A DNA stretch of 64,000 bases from Octopus vulgaris (GCA_951406725.2 OX597837.1:7006001-7070000), one strand, 5' to 3'; counted from the first letter of the stretch, positions 14,596-32,345 are shown. A program made the numbers and translations. The notes: generated from the letters alone by a model not told the origin.

Positions 14596-15294
14596 TAGAT
14601 ATATACATATATATATATATACGTGTGTATATACACGGCTAAAAGAGTAGTTTCGGGTTGCGTTTATTTGTTCATTCGAAATATATTCCGGATTTTTATT
14701 AACATTCAATAACATATATGTCTTCTTAGAATTAAATGGAGGAGAAGAACATTTGAAATACCATTTTAGTGAAAATTATTGCGTTTCTAAGGATTCTTTA
14801 ATAAATGAATCACTTTGATATTGATGTGTCGTTGAAGATTTAATGTTATATGTAAGTGATGTTGATGGACTAGCGTGACAAACAATGGCTGGGGCTTCGG
14901 GCAACGTGTGTATGTGTGACGGTGTGTTGGTGAGTGTATATGTGCGGGTATGAAAAAAAATTTATATAGAATTGAATGTTCATATTGCACTATATTTTAT
15001 TATGTATGTATATATATATGTATGGGGGAGGGTATGTATTATGTGTTTGTTTGTGTGTTAATATGTATATACATTTATTTACGCACATGGAGATCGAGAG
15101 AGAAACACACCCATACAGAAGAAGTATGTATACACATATAAATATATATATATATTATGTATGTATATGAATATATACATGGATATAGATAGATAGATAG
15201 ACAATTATATATACACGGATAGGACTGTGACCATGGTTGTGTATGTGTACAAGTGTCTCTTCTTGTGTGCAAATAGTTATACATATACATATAC

Positions 15295-15402
<108 letters not shown>

Positions 15403-15479
15403 ATATACCTATATACATATATACATATATACATTTATATATATATATATATAGAGAGAGAGAGAAAGATACATATATA

Positions 15480-15570
<91 letters not shown>

Positions 15571-16358
15571 AAGTATTGCACATATTTTATTGTCTTGTAT
15601 ATATTACAGAGAAAGAGAGAGTCGAGTAGAGAAATAGAACGAGATAAAGAGAGCGATAGGGAAAAAATATACAAATCTAATGTTAAAATTTAAAACTAAA
15701 TTCTCGACATTAAACCGACTTTTACCGTGTAATACTGCTTGATACCGTATAATATCGAATAATCTAACAATATTATATCTAGGTTAGATCAATATACGAG
15801 AAACGCTAGGAAGCAACGAAAATGTTTCTGTGTAGTCGTTCGAAATAGCGACCATGTCTTACAATGATTATATTATGCTGTTAAAAGGAAGAAACTACGT
15901 GACAAATGAATTTGGTGTAAGAAAATGGAAGGTGTCTTACGATTGGAACCATCTGCTCTGTGAAAACTCTCTTCATAAAACACATAACTACGACGCACGA
16001 GAAATGATTAAAAGTCTGGCATGAAAGACATGGCGATCAAAATGTCTCTCTTATAAACAAACAGTCAGCCGTTTCGAACAAGAAAGTTATGTTGAATAGC
16101 ATGGTCCTGTTTACCTTACAAGGACTAGTATATGGACTGGATGTTCACGGCAGGAAGAGTTTATATATACATGCATACACACACACACACACACACAAGC
16201 ACACAGTAAGGGTGGAGCACTTGAGGGAAGCAGCACTGCTTCGAACCACTCGAATACTCCGTTTGGCACTCCAAACATAAGGGGTGTTACCTTAGTTCAC
16301 TCGTAGTGAACAACTGGCATCGTAGTACATCTCTAGCATTAGAAGCTCTGCAAAGACA

Positions 16359-16905
<547 letters not shown>

Positions 16906-17295
16906 TTCATTCATTCGAAATTATGGTTGAATGATAATTCGCTAGAGTAGATGTGTATTATGAAGTTGGAAAATGATGAAATAGAATTTGGGCGGGATGC
17001 AGAAGACAGGAATTTGTTTCAGAAGTCAACGATGAATTTTCGTTGTTATAATTATTATCTCTCACAGATGAAAATGGTTCGTAACAAAACAAAAAAAGAG
17101 AGAAGTAAAAATTTCAAAAAAAAAAACAGGAACACAAAAGCATTGAAGATATTACAGACTTAGATTGGTTGCAGAATCTAATCTCAACGGAGAATAACAT
17201 ACCAATGGAAATCAACACTTTATTTTTACTTTTACACACACATATACACACATACATACATATATATATATGTGCGTGTGTAGTGACATATATAT

Positions 17296-17352
<57 letters not shown>

Positions 17353-17715
17353 CACATATATATATATCGATAGATGTGTATATATATACACACATACGTC
17401 ATTATATCTATATATAAATATATTATATATACGCATATATATACATACGTATATAGATGTAACGTTTTTGTTCTTCCTATTGTATTGTTACTGTTGTTTC
17501 TCTTGTTGCTTATGTCACTTATGTTGTTGTTGTTGTTGTCGGTGTGTTGAAGACGTAATAACGAAATTGAAAACAGAAAGAGGAGACAAAATGGAAAAAA
17601 AAACTTAAAAGAAAAAACAAGATAAGACAACGAAAAACCGGAAAAATTTTGACTGCAAAACAACAAAAGTAACACAGTTATCTTACGTGTGCACACATAT
17701 ATATATATGTATACA

Positions 17716-17787
<72 letters not shown>

Positions 17788-17795
17788 TAAAAAAA

Positions 17796-17861
<66 letters not shown>

Positions 17862-17996
17862 TATATACATATATATATATATGTATATATATATAAATAA
17901 TATTATATATATATATATATATTCATATATATACATATATATACACTCACACATGTGCACGTATTCGTATATGCATGCAAGTATTTATAGGGGTAG

Positions 17997-18030
<34 letters not shown>

Positions 18031-18992
18031 CCACACATATATACACTCATATACACGCACACATATATATATAGATAAATATATAAGTGCATTTATACGC
18101 AGAAACAGTTATATATATGTATGTATATATAAATGTAATATATATACATACATTTATTTATATCTATATATATATACATACATGCATGCATATACTTATA
18201 TAGTTCATTCCATGTGAAAAAGCAGCATTGATTTCGCTTTGTATTTGCAATAGCAGCTGGGAAAGGTGGAAAAACTAATTCACTGTGAAATGTTCACGGA
18301 AGCAGAAGAGAATGATCGCGGCTGATACGTTAAAGAACAGTTCATAACTAAGCGCTTATTGGAAAATGTAAAAGAATTACTGATCGTTCACTTTTGAAAA
18401 CAGTTAAGGAAAGTTCGGCTTATACAAAAAGAAAAACGAAACGAAAATTGATTGAAAATGTTGAGTCTGATTGGTGAAGGTAAAAAGGAACCGAAAAGAA
18501 CGAAAAAAAAAAAGTGGAAATCTATGGTCAGTTTATAAAAGTTTTACGTCTTACATTTCTGTTTGTGTTTTTAGGTCTGAATAGACGACATAGCATTAAA
18601 TAGTGCGATGCATATATATTGTGCCGATAAGTGTTGCGACGATGTCGGCCATTTTGTTAGATTTTAGCGCAATTGTTTCATTATGTACGAGTTAGATAGA
18701 CGCAAACAAAGACAGGCAAACGTACAGACAGAAAGGGTTGGCTGTTAAAGTCGCTCGGTTTCCTAGAATTAAATGGCAAGTCTTGATTATTTCTACTCTT
18801 TTGTTTTGATAACAAAAAAAGACAGGAGTACACGTTGTAAAGCGCATTGTACTCCTATCTACAGTGTATACTATTAAAGCTACCGGATATTATTACTACT
18901 ACTACACAATCCACACATACACACATACACATACACATACACAGATATACATATACACAAAAATATTCACATAGTATATAATATATATATAT

Positions 18993-19034
<42 letters not shown>

Positions 19035-19064
19035 TATATACATACATACATATATATATATATG

Positions 19065-19222
19065 CGATTTTCTCTCTTTGTTTTCGCTCCTTGTTTCTTT
19101 CTATGTTCCTTTCTGTGGAAGAGCGTAGGCTCGAAACGTTAAAGACTTTTTCACTTCCCGAGCGTTATACTAATACATCTGTTTGTTTTCTACACCACCT
19201 GTCTTCGTCTTTTGGTTTTTTC

Positions 19223-19230
<8 letters not shown>
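19065..19230 (+). mobile_element. Short HHR-variant element, family H3
   Basis: Similar to 59587-59780 and 62795-62955 (opposite strand). Flanked by (AT)n and (CT)n. Confidence 0.7.
19109..19144 (+). ncRNA. Minimal hammerhead variant
   Basis: cuuu CUGUGGA A gagc-guag-gcuc GAAAC GUU aaag. A6 is replaced by U, there is an extra A, and helix III has no loop. Confidence 0.55.
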
Positions 19231-19254
<24 letters not shown>

Positions 19255-20096
19255 CATATATACATATATATATATATGTATATATATATATATGTGTGTG
19301 TGTATACTGGTATACACATGTCTACATATATGTGTGTGTAAGTGTGTGTGCGAGCATGTGCATGCGTATGCATGTGTATACATTCGTATAAATTGGAATA
19401 TCTTTTCGTCTATACGTTTTTTTCATTAAATACACGACTATGTTCAAATTGTATCGTTTATTTTTATTTTTGATTGTACGTATTTTCTCATAAGCTTTTT
19501 TTCTCTTTTCTTTACGCTTTCGAAATTCATGTAATATAGAAGAACAGAGTTGCAAAATTCATAATCAACGTTTGAAGGCCTTGACAGCCATATTTTCCGG
19601 AATTAAATATATTTGAATATAAAATTAGAACTTCTTTTGCTCCTAATTAACTATTGTTCCAAAGATATATTTAGAGAGGGAAAGAGGCAGGGAGGTCTCT
19701 TAATATTTTAAAGAAAATTTAAGAATATGCATGAAACATTTATTTAAGGAATTATGCTCAATATTAAAAGGGGGTGGTTAATCATTTATTATTAAATTCG
19801 TGTTGAATAAGTTGTCACGTGTTACTTAAAATCCAAGTGAGCCCGAATTATACATACATACATTCATACATACATTCATACATACATGCATACATACATG
19901 CATACATACATGAGTATACATACATGAAACAAAACATGCAAATCTCCACATGTGCATACATAGAAAAATACCCTATTGGTATTGTTGAAATTCCAATGGA
20001 GGAGCCTTGGATCTAGGTTAGAAACCGGCTCTTTCTCTATTGGCTAGAAATCTGGAAATAAAACTGAATAATGACATACATACATGCATACATTCT

Positions 20097-20435
20097 GAGA
20101 CCCCCTTCGGTCACGACACAGACCATAGGATTGCACCGAGAAAGTTATCCTCCCGGGCACTAGTCCGGGCAAGGTTGTTTATGGAAGACCAGCAGTCGCC
20201 CATGCATACCAGCCTCCCCTCTCCACGCCACCAGTGTTATCCAAGGGAAAGGCAAAGGGGACCGATACAGCTTGGCACCAGTGACGTCACAGCTCATTTC
20301 TAAAGCTGAGTGAACTGGAGCAACGTGAAATAAAGTGTCTTGCTCAAGAACAACACGCAGCTCGGTCCGGGATTCGAGCTCACAACCTCACGATCGTAAG
20401 CTCGACGCCCTAACCACTGAGCCATGCGCCTTCAC
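20097..20435 (-). mobile_element. tRNA-derived CORE-type SINE
   Basis: Minus-strand head gtgaaggcgcatggctcagtggttagggcgtcgagc..gagctcgaatccc followed by ttgagcaagacactttatttcacgttgctccag, shared with 40590 and 47497. Confidence 0.8.
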
Positions 20436-20729
20436 AAATGCATACATACATACATATAAAGTGTGTGTGTGTGTATGTGTGTGTGTGTGTACTGGATTTT
20501 CTGGTTAAATCTGTCGATCATTTATGTCTTTCTTTTTCAGGAATGGCTTGCTATATTCGTGAGCTGTCAACGGAAAGGAAGAGCTTAAACTTTAAAGGTG
20601 TTATTGAGAAAATGCCAGCTGACATGACGGACTGAAAGCCATCTGAATGTTGGGAAATATATCATGACCCCGCTGCTCAGTTCTCTGTGAAAACTCTGAA
20701 GATCGTAGGATGTGGCATGGATATCAAGA

Positions 20730-21320
20730 AAATCAAAGTTCCCCCAAAACTGTGATCGTCATTGAGTGAGTCTCAAGTGAGGGTGATCTCACGCCGCCCT
20801 ATATCTTTGAACAGGGCCTTAGGCTCTATCCAGACGGTTACGTGCAGCCGCTGGAGACTGTGGTCAAACCCTGACTGGAGAGGATTGTTGCTAGAAGGCA
20901 ATTTGTAGTTACAAGATTCAGCGGCGAGCTGGCAGAAACGTTAGCACGCTGGGCGAAATGCTTAGCGGCATTTCGTCTGCTACGTTCTGAGTTCAAATTC
21001 CGCTGAAGTCGACTTTGCCTTTCATCCTTTCGGGGTCGATAAATTAAGTACCAGTTACGCACTGGTGTCGATGTAATCGACTTAATCCGTTTGTCTGTCC
21101 TTGTTTGTCCTCTCTATGTTTAGCCCCTTGTGGGCAATAAAGAAATAAGGTTCAGCATCTTGCCATACTTCCGGGAAATAGTCAAAAATGGTTGTCGGAG
21201 AATTTCCACGACTTCACCCCCCTCGAATTCTGGCCTCCTAATTCTCCAGGTTGTAATTCTGTGGATTACCCTGTGTGATTGCGATTGAGAAAGACAACAA
21301 CCGCTCTGTCTGCAATTCCA
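20730..21320 (+). mobile_element. Tc1/mariner (DD37D-like) transposase fragment split by a SINE
   Basis: Broken frames give PPYIFEQGLRL..LETVVKP*LERIV..QDS[SINE]A.CHTS..KWLSENFHDFT..FWPPNSP.CN..DY. Confidence 0.75.
20921..21148 (+). mobile_element. SINE family A
   Basis: Full-length copy with probable target-site duplication aagattcagc/aaggttcagc. Confidence 0.9.
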
Positions 21321-21469
21321 GTTTTGTTGTATTTTGGGTTCTGTTTTGTAGTCTTCACAAATATTCAGTGGTTGGTGATGTATCCATCGTATATCATCTA
21401 ATTAAGTTGACTAATTACGTTGTTTATGACGTGTATGACTTTCAGCTAAACTTACTTATACTTGTGGCG

Positions 21470-21845
21470 ACATTCACCCTGGGTGGGTTGAGTCGGCTTC
21501 TTCTACCACCCTCGAGGCATCTCGAACCATGGCGGTGGAAGAATTTACGTGGGAATATGTGGATTTCACAAGCGGTCCCCAGCAATCCCGCATGTAGAGA
21601 CATCCTGTTTGCCGCAGATTGTCCGCAGATGCAGGAACAGAACGACCGAGGAGCTGCCGGTTGCCGAAACAGACACTCCGAGGATTTTCACCAGAGACCC
21701 GTCTGGCGGGTTGTGGCCCTAATACCACTCTGTGTCAAACAAATCCGCCTTGGGTGGCCCGACCAGGAACCGAAATTCCCGTCGGCATAGCTTTGACACT
21801 ACCCGTTGCCAGCGTCCCCACCACGGTGAGGAGGGGATGGACTTA
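21470..21845 (+). mobile_element. GC-rich repeat fragment, possibly the 5' UTR of an RTE-type LINE
   Basis: Sharp GC rise. ggtggcccgaccagg..cccgtcggcatagct..ccaccacgg resembles RTE leader sequences as I recall them. No protein motif. Confidence 0.3.
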
Positions 21846-22371
21846 AACTAATTTGTCTTACTAATTCCTGTTGGTAGAATGACAAGAATAGTCAAATACA
21901 TTCTTGTAGAGAAGTGTAGAAAAGATTAATTTCAAAAATAGTTTTAGTCGATTCTCCTTCATTTTTCTGATACATGCAATTACAATTAAATGTAAATACA
22001 CGGGAGTAATCTCCCTTTGTCAATAAAAAGAAACCTGAAAAGCATAATATACAGCAGAAAGCTTTTTCTAGTTGTTTTTCGCTTGTTTGTTTGTTTGTTT
22101 TGTCTAAAAGTTTAACTGTGACAAAGAAATGACAAGGATTATATTGCTAAACTATTCCATTGAAACTAAACTAGAGAAAGCTTTAGGTTTATGGCTTAAG
22201 GTCATAACATCTGGTATCATTATGGCAAGTAACGTCTTGTATCGTTATGGCAAGAACGTTAAAATACAAGAAGTGTATGGGAGATTGAGTGACATAGCTT
22301 CCATAAGGTACGCTATCCATTCACTAAACTCGGAAAAAAATCCAGGCTTTTATAACTTCCAATGGAAGTGT

Positions 22372-22545
22372 AGCAAGTAGCTTGCTTATGATCCACGTCG
22401 TTCCGGGTTCAGTCCCACTGCGTGGCACCTTGGGCACGTGTCTTCTACTAAAGCCTCGGGCCGACCAAAGCCTTGTGAGAGGATTTGGTAGATAGAAACT
22501 GAAAGAAGACTGTCGTATATATGTATATATATATATATATGTGTG

Positions 22546-22579
<34 letters not shown>

Positions 22580-22779
22580 TGTGTCTGTCTTTGTCCCCCC
22601 AGCATTGCTTGACAACCGATGCTGGTGTGTTTACGTCCCCTTAACTTAGCGGTTCGACAAAAGAGGCCGATAAGATAAGTACTGGGCTTACAAAGAATAA
22701 GTACCGGGGTCGATTTGCTCGACTAAAGGAGGTCCTCCAGCATGGCCGCAGTCAAATGACTGAGACAAGTAAAAGAGTA
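22372..22779 (+). mobile_element. SINE family B with internal (AT)/(GT) tract
   Basis: ccgggttcagtcccactgcgtggcaccttggg..ggccgaccaaagccttgtgag..aagtaaaagagtaa. Confidence 0.9.
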
Positions 22780-24006
22780 AGCGTTCCGAAATATCCTTTG
22801 CTTGCATATTTCATGTTGTTTGCACAGTTAATGATATCCTGTACTCATATATACATATATATATATATACATATGGGAGAAAGCGCTAATATATGATCTA
22901 AGTTATATGGTGTATAAAAACACGTAATATACAAATAAATATCTGTAAATATAAAACCATCCGAATTTCCGAGTACCTCATTTCTTCTAATATAAAATAC
23001 CTGTACATCATCCCCAAACCTTCCAATCTATGTATGTATGTGTGTACACATATACATATATATTATTATTATTATTATTATTATGTATATATGAATGTAT
23101 GTATGCATATGCGTGTATCTAAATGAGTTGTAAATAGTAAAGAGTATCATTTAACCTTTTTAGCTTAAACGGAAAATAACGGAAAAATTCAATTAACGAG
23201 AATTGATCTTGATGGCTGTAGTTTACCCAACGGTAGCGTTACCACCGTACCAAAGAGACCTGTCAGCTTCCAACCATCACAGTTAGAAGCTATAACTGTA
23301 CAACCAAGAGAATGAACAAATTAGATTTGGTTGGTTTGGAATATCAAGAAATTTCAATGTAATACTTATTCTTTTTAATGCTGTGTGAAGGCAATCAACT
23401 GTAAATCATGTTATTAACAGGTATCTGTGGGATAAACAACTACGTGCACATTAATTTAACGAATAGGCAATTCCTGTGATAGGCCAATTAATTTCTCACT
23501 AAAACCAAGCGGGATTCAGATATTATTCAGCAAATATTTCGTAGTGATAACATACATATTGTCCATTATGTTCTGCGTTTATATGCGATTATTTTATATT
23601 GATATTTTTTTGAATAGGTTCGAAATGGACCAACCATTGATTCTCGACATTGCCTAAAGCGGAAATAAGAAGAATGCATCTTGGAAAGTTGGATGGAGTA
23701 ATTCCAGTATGGTAATTTTGTTCCTAAGCACAGGATTATCAGCAATCTTCTTGACAAGGGGAGATATCTTTCGACAATATATTCACACATATATACTTAC
23801 CATCAGATCGAAACAGGTGGCCAATGTTATGAATCATTTATATTTGAATTTGTATTAAAGATTTGATTATATTCTCAGCGTTTAAAGGCAATTAATGTGG
23901 CCTTTCTTTCATAGGTTTTTCCTCTTTACTTCATGCTGGCTTTTCATGTGTACATTCATATTCCTGTACATACATACATACATACATACATACATACATA
24001 CATACA

Positions 24007-24107
<101 letters not shown>

Positions 24108-24359
24108 TAGAAAGATAGATGGATGGATGGATAGATAGATAGATAGATGGATGAACGGACGAACGAACGGAGAGACAAATAGATGGATGGAAAGATTAAT
24201 GGATGGATGGATGGATGGATGGATGAATGGATTGATTGGTTGATGGATGGATGGACGGAAGGGTGGTTGGATTGATTGACCGATAGACAGAGGAACGGAC
24301 TGTTAGATAATTTTCTTTATCTAACAGGGCTGAACACAGAGGGGACAAATGCAAATGTA

Positions 24360-25280
24360 GAGCTTTTCTTTTCGAAAATGAAAAAGTAAAACGGAAAAAA
24401 TGAGAAAAAAAAAATGTAAAATTCCGCTCAAAAGGGATCGAGGAATATAAAGGTGATGAAAAAGGAGCGTGTATCACAGAAGAAATTTTAAAATGTAAGA
24501 AGCAAGATTAGGTTTATCCATGGAAAGAAAAGCTTACGGAAAAGACCACAGTAACCTCAGGCAGGGAGGGAATAAACACATGAGAGCAAAGTGCCCTCTA
24601 TCTCTCTCACTCTCTTTATTCGACTTGCAGGAACATGCTCAAAGTGGTTTCGTCACTCGCACGCACCTTCTTTGCTACATTCACCCACCTTTTTTGAAAC
24701 TTTCATGAGACAAAACCTCCATTCTCCCCTTCCTTTTCAAGTGGTACTTGAAAAAGTTGTTGAGCGATTGGCCAGAGAGGTAAGTGTTTGTCTCTAATCC
24801 TTTCGCTCGAGTCCACCACACATATTATTTCACCATGGCCACCAGTACGATGAAGACTGCCTTGCCTTCCCGGTTGTGGGAAGGTGGCGGAGAAAATGTC
24901 AGGAGAGACTCGACCGACAGGTGGACTCGTCCAACACGTGACAGCAGCCGTTCGGCATAAGCCCACAGGTCCGAAATGGTTGGACACTGCACGTGTGCGT
25001 GCAGAACGGTTTCGTCGCTCTGACTGCATCTCGAGCAAGTCGGTCCAGTGTGTCTCGAACCGTGCCTGTAGAACTTATCCCGAACAGGTAATGCTTCTCG
25101 ATAGCACTGCCAGGCCAGGGATCTTTGGTGATTGTCCTTAGGTTCTGGCCCGAAAGTTGTCCTGAACAGGCCAGTCAGGTGTTCCTTGTCGACGCACAGA
25201 TTCTGTCCGAGAACGTCGTCGCACCTTCCCTCCACTAATCCTCTGTAGAACGCCTTTGTTGTAATGAAGTCGCACAACGA
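24360..25280 (-). mobile_element. Tx1/L1-type LINE ORF2 C-terminus and 3' end
   Basis: LAWQCYREALPVRDK..CSRCSQSDETVLHAHVQC, a CCHC zinc-binding motif typical of ORF2 downstream of RT. Confidence 0.8.
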
Positions 25281-25282
25281 CT

Positions 25283-25347
25283 GAGAATCGAAACCACGAT
25301 CCTCCGACCGCGAATCCGCTGCCCTAACCACTGGGCCATTGCGCCTC

Positions 25348-25350
<3 letters not shown>
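25283..25350 (-). mobile_element. SINE family C head
   Basis: Reverse complement of 5371-5437. Confidence 0.8.
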
Positions 25351-25387
<37 letters not shown>

Positions 25388-25524
25388 CGCACATGCACAC
25401 GCGCACACACACCCACACATGCATGTATGCATGGTTCAAATGTGCAGAAGACAATACAGAGACAGGTGAGGGGGGAAAAACAAGCAAGGTTTATTAGTTT
25501 GACGCTCGGGGAAATGGGAAAGGC

Positions 25525-25558
25525 TTTGACGTTTGGAGCCTGTGCTCTTCGACAGAAA
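25525..25558 (-). ncRNA. Minimal hammerhead variant, core mutated
   Basis: Minus strand: uuu CUGUCGA A gagc-acag-gcuc CAAAC GUC aaa (G12 replaced by C). Inside an H3-like element at about 25430-25645. Confidence 0.45.
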
Positions 25559-25708
25559 TGAATGATGTAAAAAAATGGAGAGAGAAGGAGAAAGAATGAG
25601 AGAAAGAGAGAGAGAGATGTCGGGATCAATGGCCCCACATTCTGTGGACATACATACACACACTAGTACACACAAACTTACTATGTGCTTCTAAATAACC
25701 TACATACC

Positions 25709-26808
25709 TATTTCTTTATTACCCACAAGGGGCTAAACACAGAGCGGACAAACAAGGACAGACATAGGTATTAAGTCGATTACATTGACCCCAGTGCATA
25801 ACTGGTACTTAATTTATCGACCCCGAAAGGATGAAAGGCAAAGTCGACCTCGGCGGAATTTGAACTCACAACGTAACGGCAGACGAAATACCGCTAAGCA
25901 TTTCGCCCGGCGTGCTAACGTTTCTTATTTCTTTATTGCATACAAGGGGCTAAACATAGAGGGGACAAACAAGGACAGACAAAGGGATTAAGTCTATTAC
26001 ATCGATCTCAGTGCATAACTGGTACTTAATTTATCGACCCCGAAAGGATGAAAGGCAAAGTCGACCTCGGCGGAATTTGAACTCACAACGTAACGGCAGA
26101 CGAAATACCGCTACACATTTCGCCTGACGTGCTAACGTTTCTTATTTCTTTATTGCATACAAGGGGCTAAACATAGAGGGGACAAACAAGGACAGACAAA
26201 GGGATTAAGTCTATTACATCGATCTCAGTGCATAACTGGTACTTAATTTATCGACCCCGAAAGGATGAAAGGCAAAGTCGACCTCGGCGGAATTTGAACT
26301 CACAACGTAACGGCAGACGAAATACCGCTACGCATTTCGCCTGACGTGCTAACGTTTCTTATTTCTTTATTGCATACAAGGGGCTAAACATAGAGGGGAC
26401 AAACAAGGACAGACAAAGGGATTAAGTCTATTACATCGATCTCAGTGCATAACTGGTACTTAATTTATCGACCCCGAAAGGATGAAAGGCAAAGTCGACC
26501 TCGGCGGAATTTGAATTCACAACGTAACGGCAGACGAAATACCGCTACGCATTTCGCCTGACGTGCTAACGTTTCTTATTTCTTTATTGCATACAAGGGG
26601 CTAAACATAGAGGGGACAAACAAGGACAGACAAAGGGATTAAGTCTATTACATCGATCTCAGTGCATAAATGGTACTTAATTTATCGACCCCGAAAGGAT
26701 GAAAGGCAAAGTCGACCTCGGCGGAATTTGAACTCACAACGTAACGGCAGACGAAATACCGCTAAGCATTTCGCCCGGCGTGCTAACGTTTCTGCCAGCT
26801 CGCCGCCT
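25709..26808 (-). mobile_element. Five head-to-tail 217-bp copies of SINE family A
   Basis: Unit starts at 25709, 25926, 26143, 26360 and 26577. Only the last unit carries the complete head. Confidence 0.93.
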
Positions 26809-27297
26809 TACATACCAGAGCATTAAACAACCCACGTCTGTTTCAGAACTCCCTTGTCCTAATTGGCAACGAAATAGGGTCACGCCTGAACGACACGACA
26901 CAGATGCAAAGCAAACTCCCTAAGCCACATTCATTTCTACGCATACTCTTCAAATTCATTCTAAATCTCACTTAACACCAATATTCTTCCTCTCCCCCTC
27001 TCTCTCTACCATTATCAGATTCTCTACTGTATAAGCTCTCTCGTTAATTTATCTACTTAATAATAGCATTCAGCCTACACCATCCATCGAAACTTCTTTA
27101 TGGATTATCCTGTATCTTTCTGAAAGATATCTCCGCTTTTTATCTCATACTTCTCGACAGTGTATCGTATAACACTTGCTATTTATAACATATTTAGGGT
27201 TTTCTATATTGTAGTAGACGTGATTCTCTATCTTCAATACGTCTCATTTATCATAACATCCGTTGCTTTTATCACACACGTCATTATTGCTACTCTT

Positions 27298-30560
<3,263 letters not shown>

Positions 30561-30594
30561 CATCGTCGGTTTGGGGTTCGGTCCCACTGTGAGC

Positions 30595-31556
30595 CAACGC
30601 GTTACCGGTACTTATTTAATCGACCCCGAATGGATGCAAGACGAAGTCGATCTCGGCGGTATTTGAACTCAGAACGTAGCAGCAGACGAAATACCTATTT
30701 CATTACGACCCACAAGGAGCTAAACACAGAGAGGACGAACAAGGACAGACAAAGGGACTAAGTCGATTACATCGACCCCAGTGCGTAACTGGTACTTATT
30801 TAATCGACCCCGAATGGATGCAAGACGAAGTCGATCTCGGCGGTATTTGAACTCAGAACGTAGCAGCAGACGAAATACCTATTTCATTACTACCCACAAG
30901 GGGCTAAACACAGAGAGGACAAACAAGGACAGACAAAGGGACTAAGTCGATTTCATCGACCCCAGTGCGTAACTGGTACTTATTTAATCGTCCCCGAAAG
31001 GATGAAAGGCAAAGTCGACCTCGGCGGAATTTGAACTCAGAACGTAGCGACGGGCGAAATACCGCCAAGCATGCTAACAATTTCGTCCAGCGTGCTAAAG
31101 ATACTTATTTCTTTATTGCCCACAAGGGGCTAAACATAGAGGTGACAAACAAGGACAGACAAACAGATTAAATCGATAATATCGACTCCAGTGCATAACT
31201 GGTACTTATTTAATCGACCCCGAAAGGTTAAAAGGCAAAGTCGACCTCGGCGGAATTTAAACTCAGAACGTAACGGCTGACGAAATACGGCTACGCATTT
31301 CGCCCGACGTGCTAACGTTTCTGCCAGCTCACCGCCAGGGTATCAGATTTTGCCACAAGGGCAGCAATTTTTAGTGAGGGAATAATTCGATTTCGTGGTC
31401 CCCAGTTTTTCCTTCTTACATAATTTAATCGACAACCCGAAAGGATCAAAGGCAAAGTCGACCTCGGCGGAATTTAAACTCAGAACGTAACGGCAGACGA
31501 AATACCGCTTAGCATTTCGCCCGGCGTGCTAACGATTCTGCCAGTTCGCTGCCTTA
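30595..31556 (-). mobile_element. Tandem cluster of SINE family A copies
   Basis: About five full or partial units, with junctions at gacgaaatac|ctatttc. Confidence 0.88.
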
Positions 31557-31888
31557 CAAGCTTAAAATAACAACAACAACAACAACACTAACACCGACAC
31601 CAAAGCTACTAACTTCAAAACAACAATAAAAACAATAACGTTAAACAAACACCATCACCACCATCATCACCACCGACTACAACAACAACAACAACAGCAG
31701 CAGCAGCAGGAGCTGGCTACAAATGCCAATCTATATCAGCGAAGACGATTTTTAACTTCCGGCAAAGATTTATCTCATTTTACACTAAATTAATAATTAA
31801 ATATTTAAATAAATTAATTTTCAACATGGAAGACGGATGCCTTTTTCCCAGCATTCTGCTCTGTTTTGTCCTTTTTATATTGTATATA

Positions 31889-32052
31889 GGCGCGGGAGTG
31901 GCTGTGTGGTAAGTAGCTTGCTAACCAACCACATGGTTCCGGGTTTGGTCCCACTGCGTGGCACCTTGGGCAAGTGTCTCCTGCTATAGCCTCGGGCCGA
32001 CCAAAGCCTTGTGAGTGGATTTGGTAGACGGAAACTGAAAGAAGCCCGTCGT
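31889..32052 (+). mobile_element. SINE family B 5' half
   Basis: ggcgcgggagtggctgtgtggtaagtagc..gaagcccgtcg followed by (AT)n. Confidence 0.9.
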
Positions 32053-32053
32053 A

Positions 32054-32117
<64 letters not shown>

Positions 32118-32123
<6 letters not shown>

Positions 32124-32345
32124 TAATCCAAACAAGAAAACACAGAAAAAAAGAGAAAAAAACACACCAACGCAGGACGTGGAACAATTAAAGTATTATT
32201 GACGCTCAGGAAAGAAGGGAAGGAGGGTTTAACGTTTCGAGCGGAGCTCTTCGTCGGAAACAAGGAGAAGGAAAGATCCCAAGGAGGGAAGACAGAGGAG
32301 ACAATATTTGAGCTGGTGGTGCTTAAGGGATCACATGTTGAAAGA
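32118..32345 (-). mobile_element. Short HHR-variant element, family H3b
   Basis: Reverse complement similar to 46700-46900. Starts at an (AT)n tract. Confidence 0.75.
32227..32261 (-). ncRNA. Minimal hammerhead variant
   Basis: Minus strand: guuu CCGACGA A gagc-ucc-gcuc GAAAC GUU aaac. U4 is replaced by C, there is an extra A, and helix III is the loop-less palindrome AACGUU. Confidence 0.62.

Noticed and set aside
18460-18665. CCAAT- and YY1-like motifs; also an E-box/RFX-like cluster at about 1610-1700
   Set aside because: Short motifs are expected by chance and there is no linked transcript evidence.
19985-20050. Hairpin-forming repeat containing GAAAC
   Set aside because: It lacks a CUGANGA-type core, so it was not called as a ribozyme.
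23164-23315. Protein-like frame ENNGKIQLTRIDLDGCSLPNGSVTTVPKRPVSFQP after a ttttag acceptor
   Set aside because: An in-frame TAA follows the acceptor directly and no partner exons were identified. Needs RNA-seq or tBLASTn.
25709-26808. CRISPR-like or tRNA-array appearance
   Set aside because: The units are whole 217-bp SINE bodies with no unique spacers, and the context is eukaryotic.
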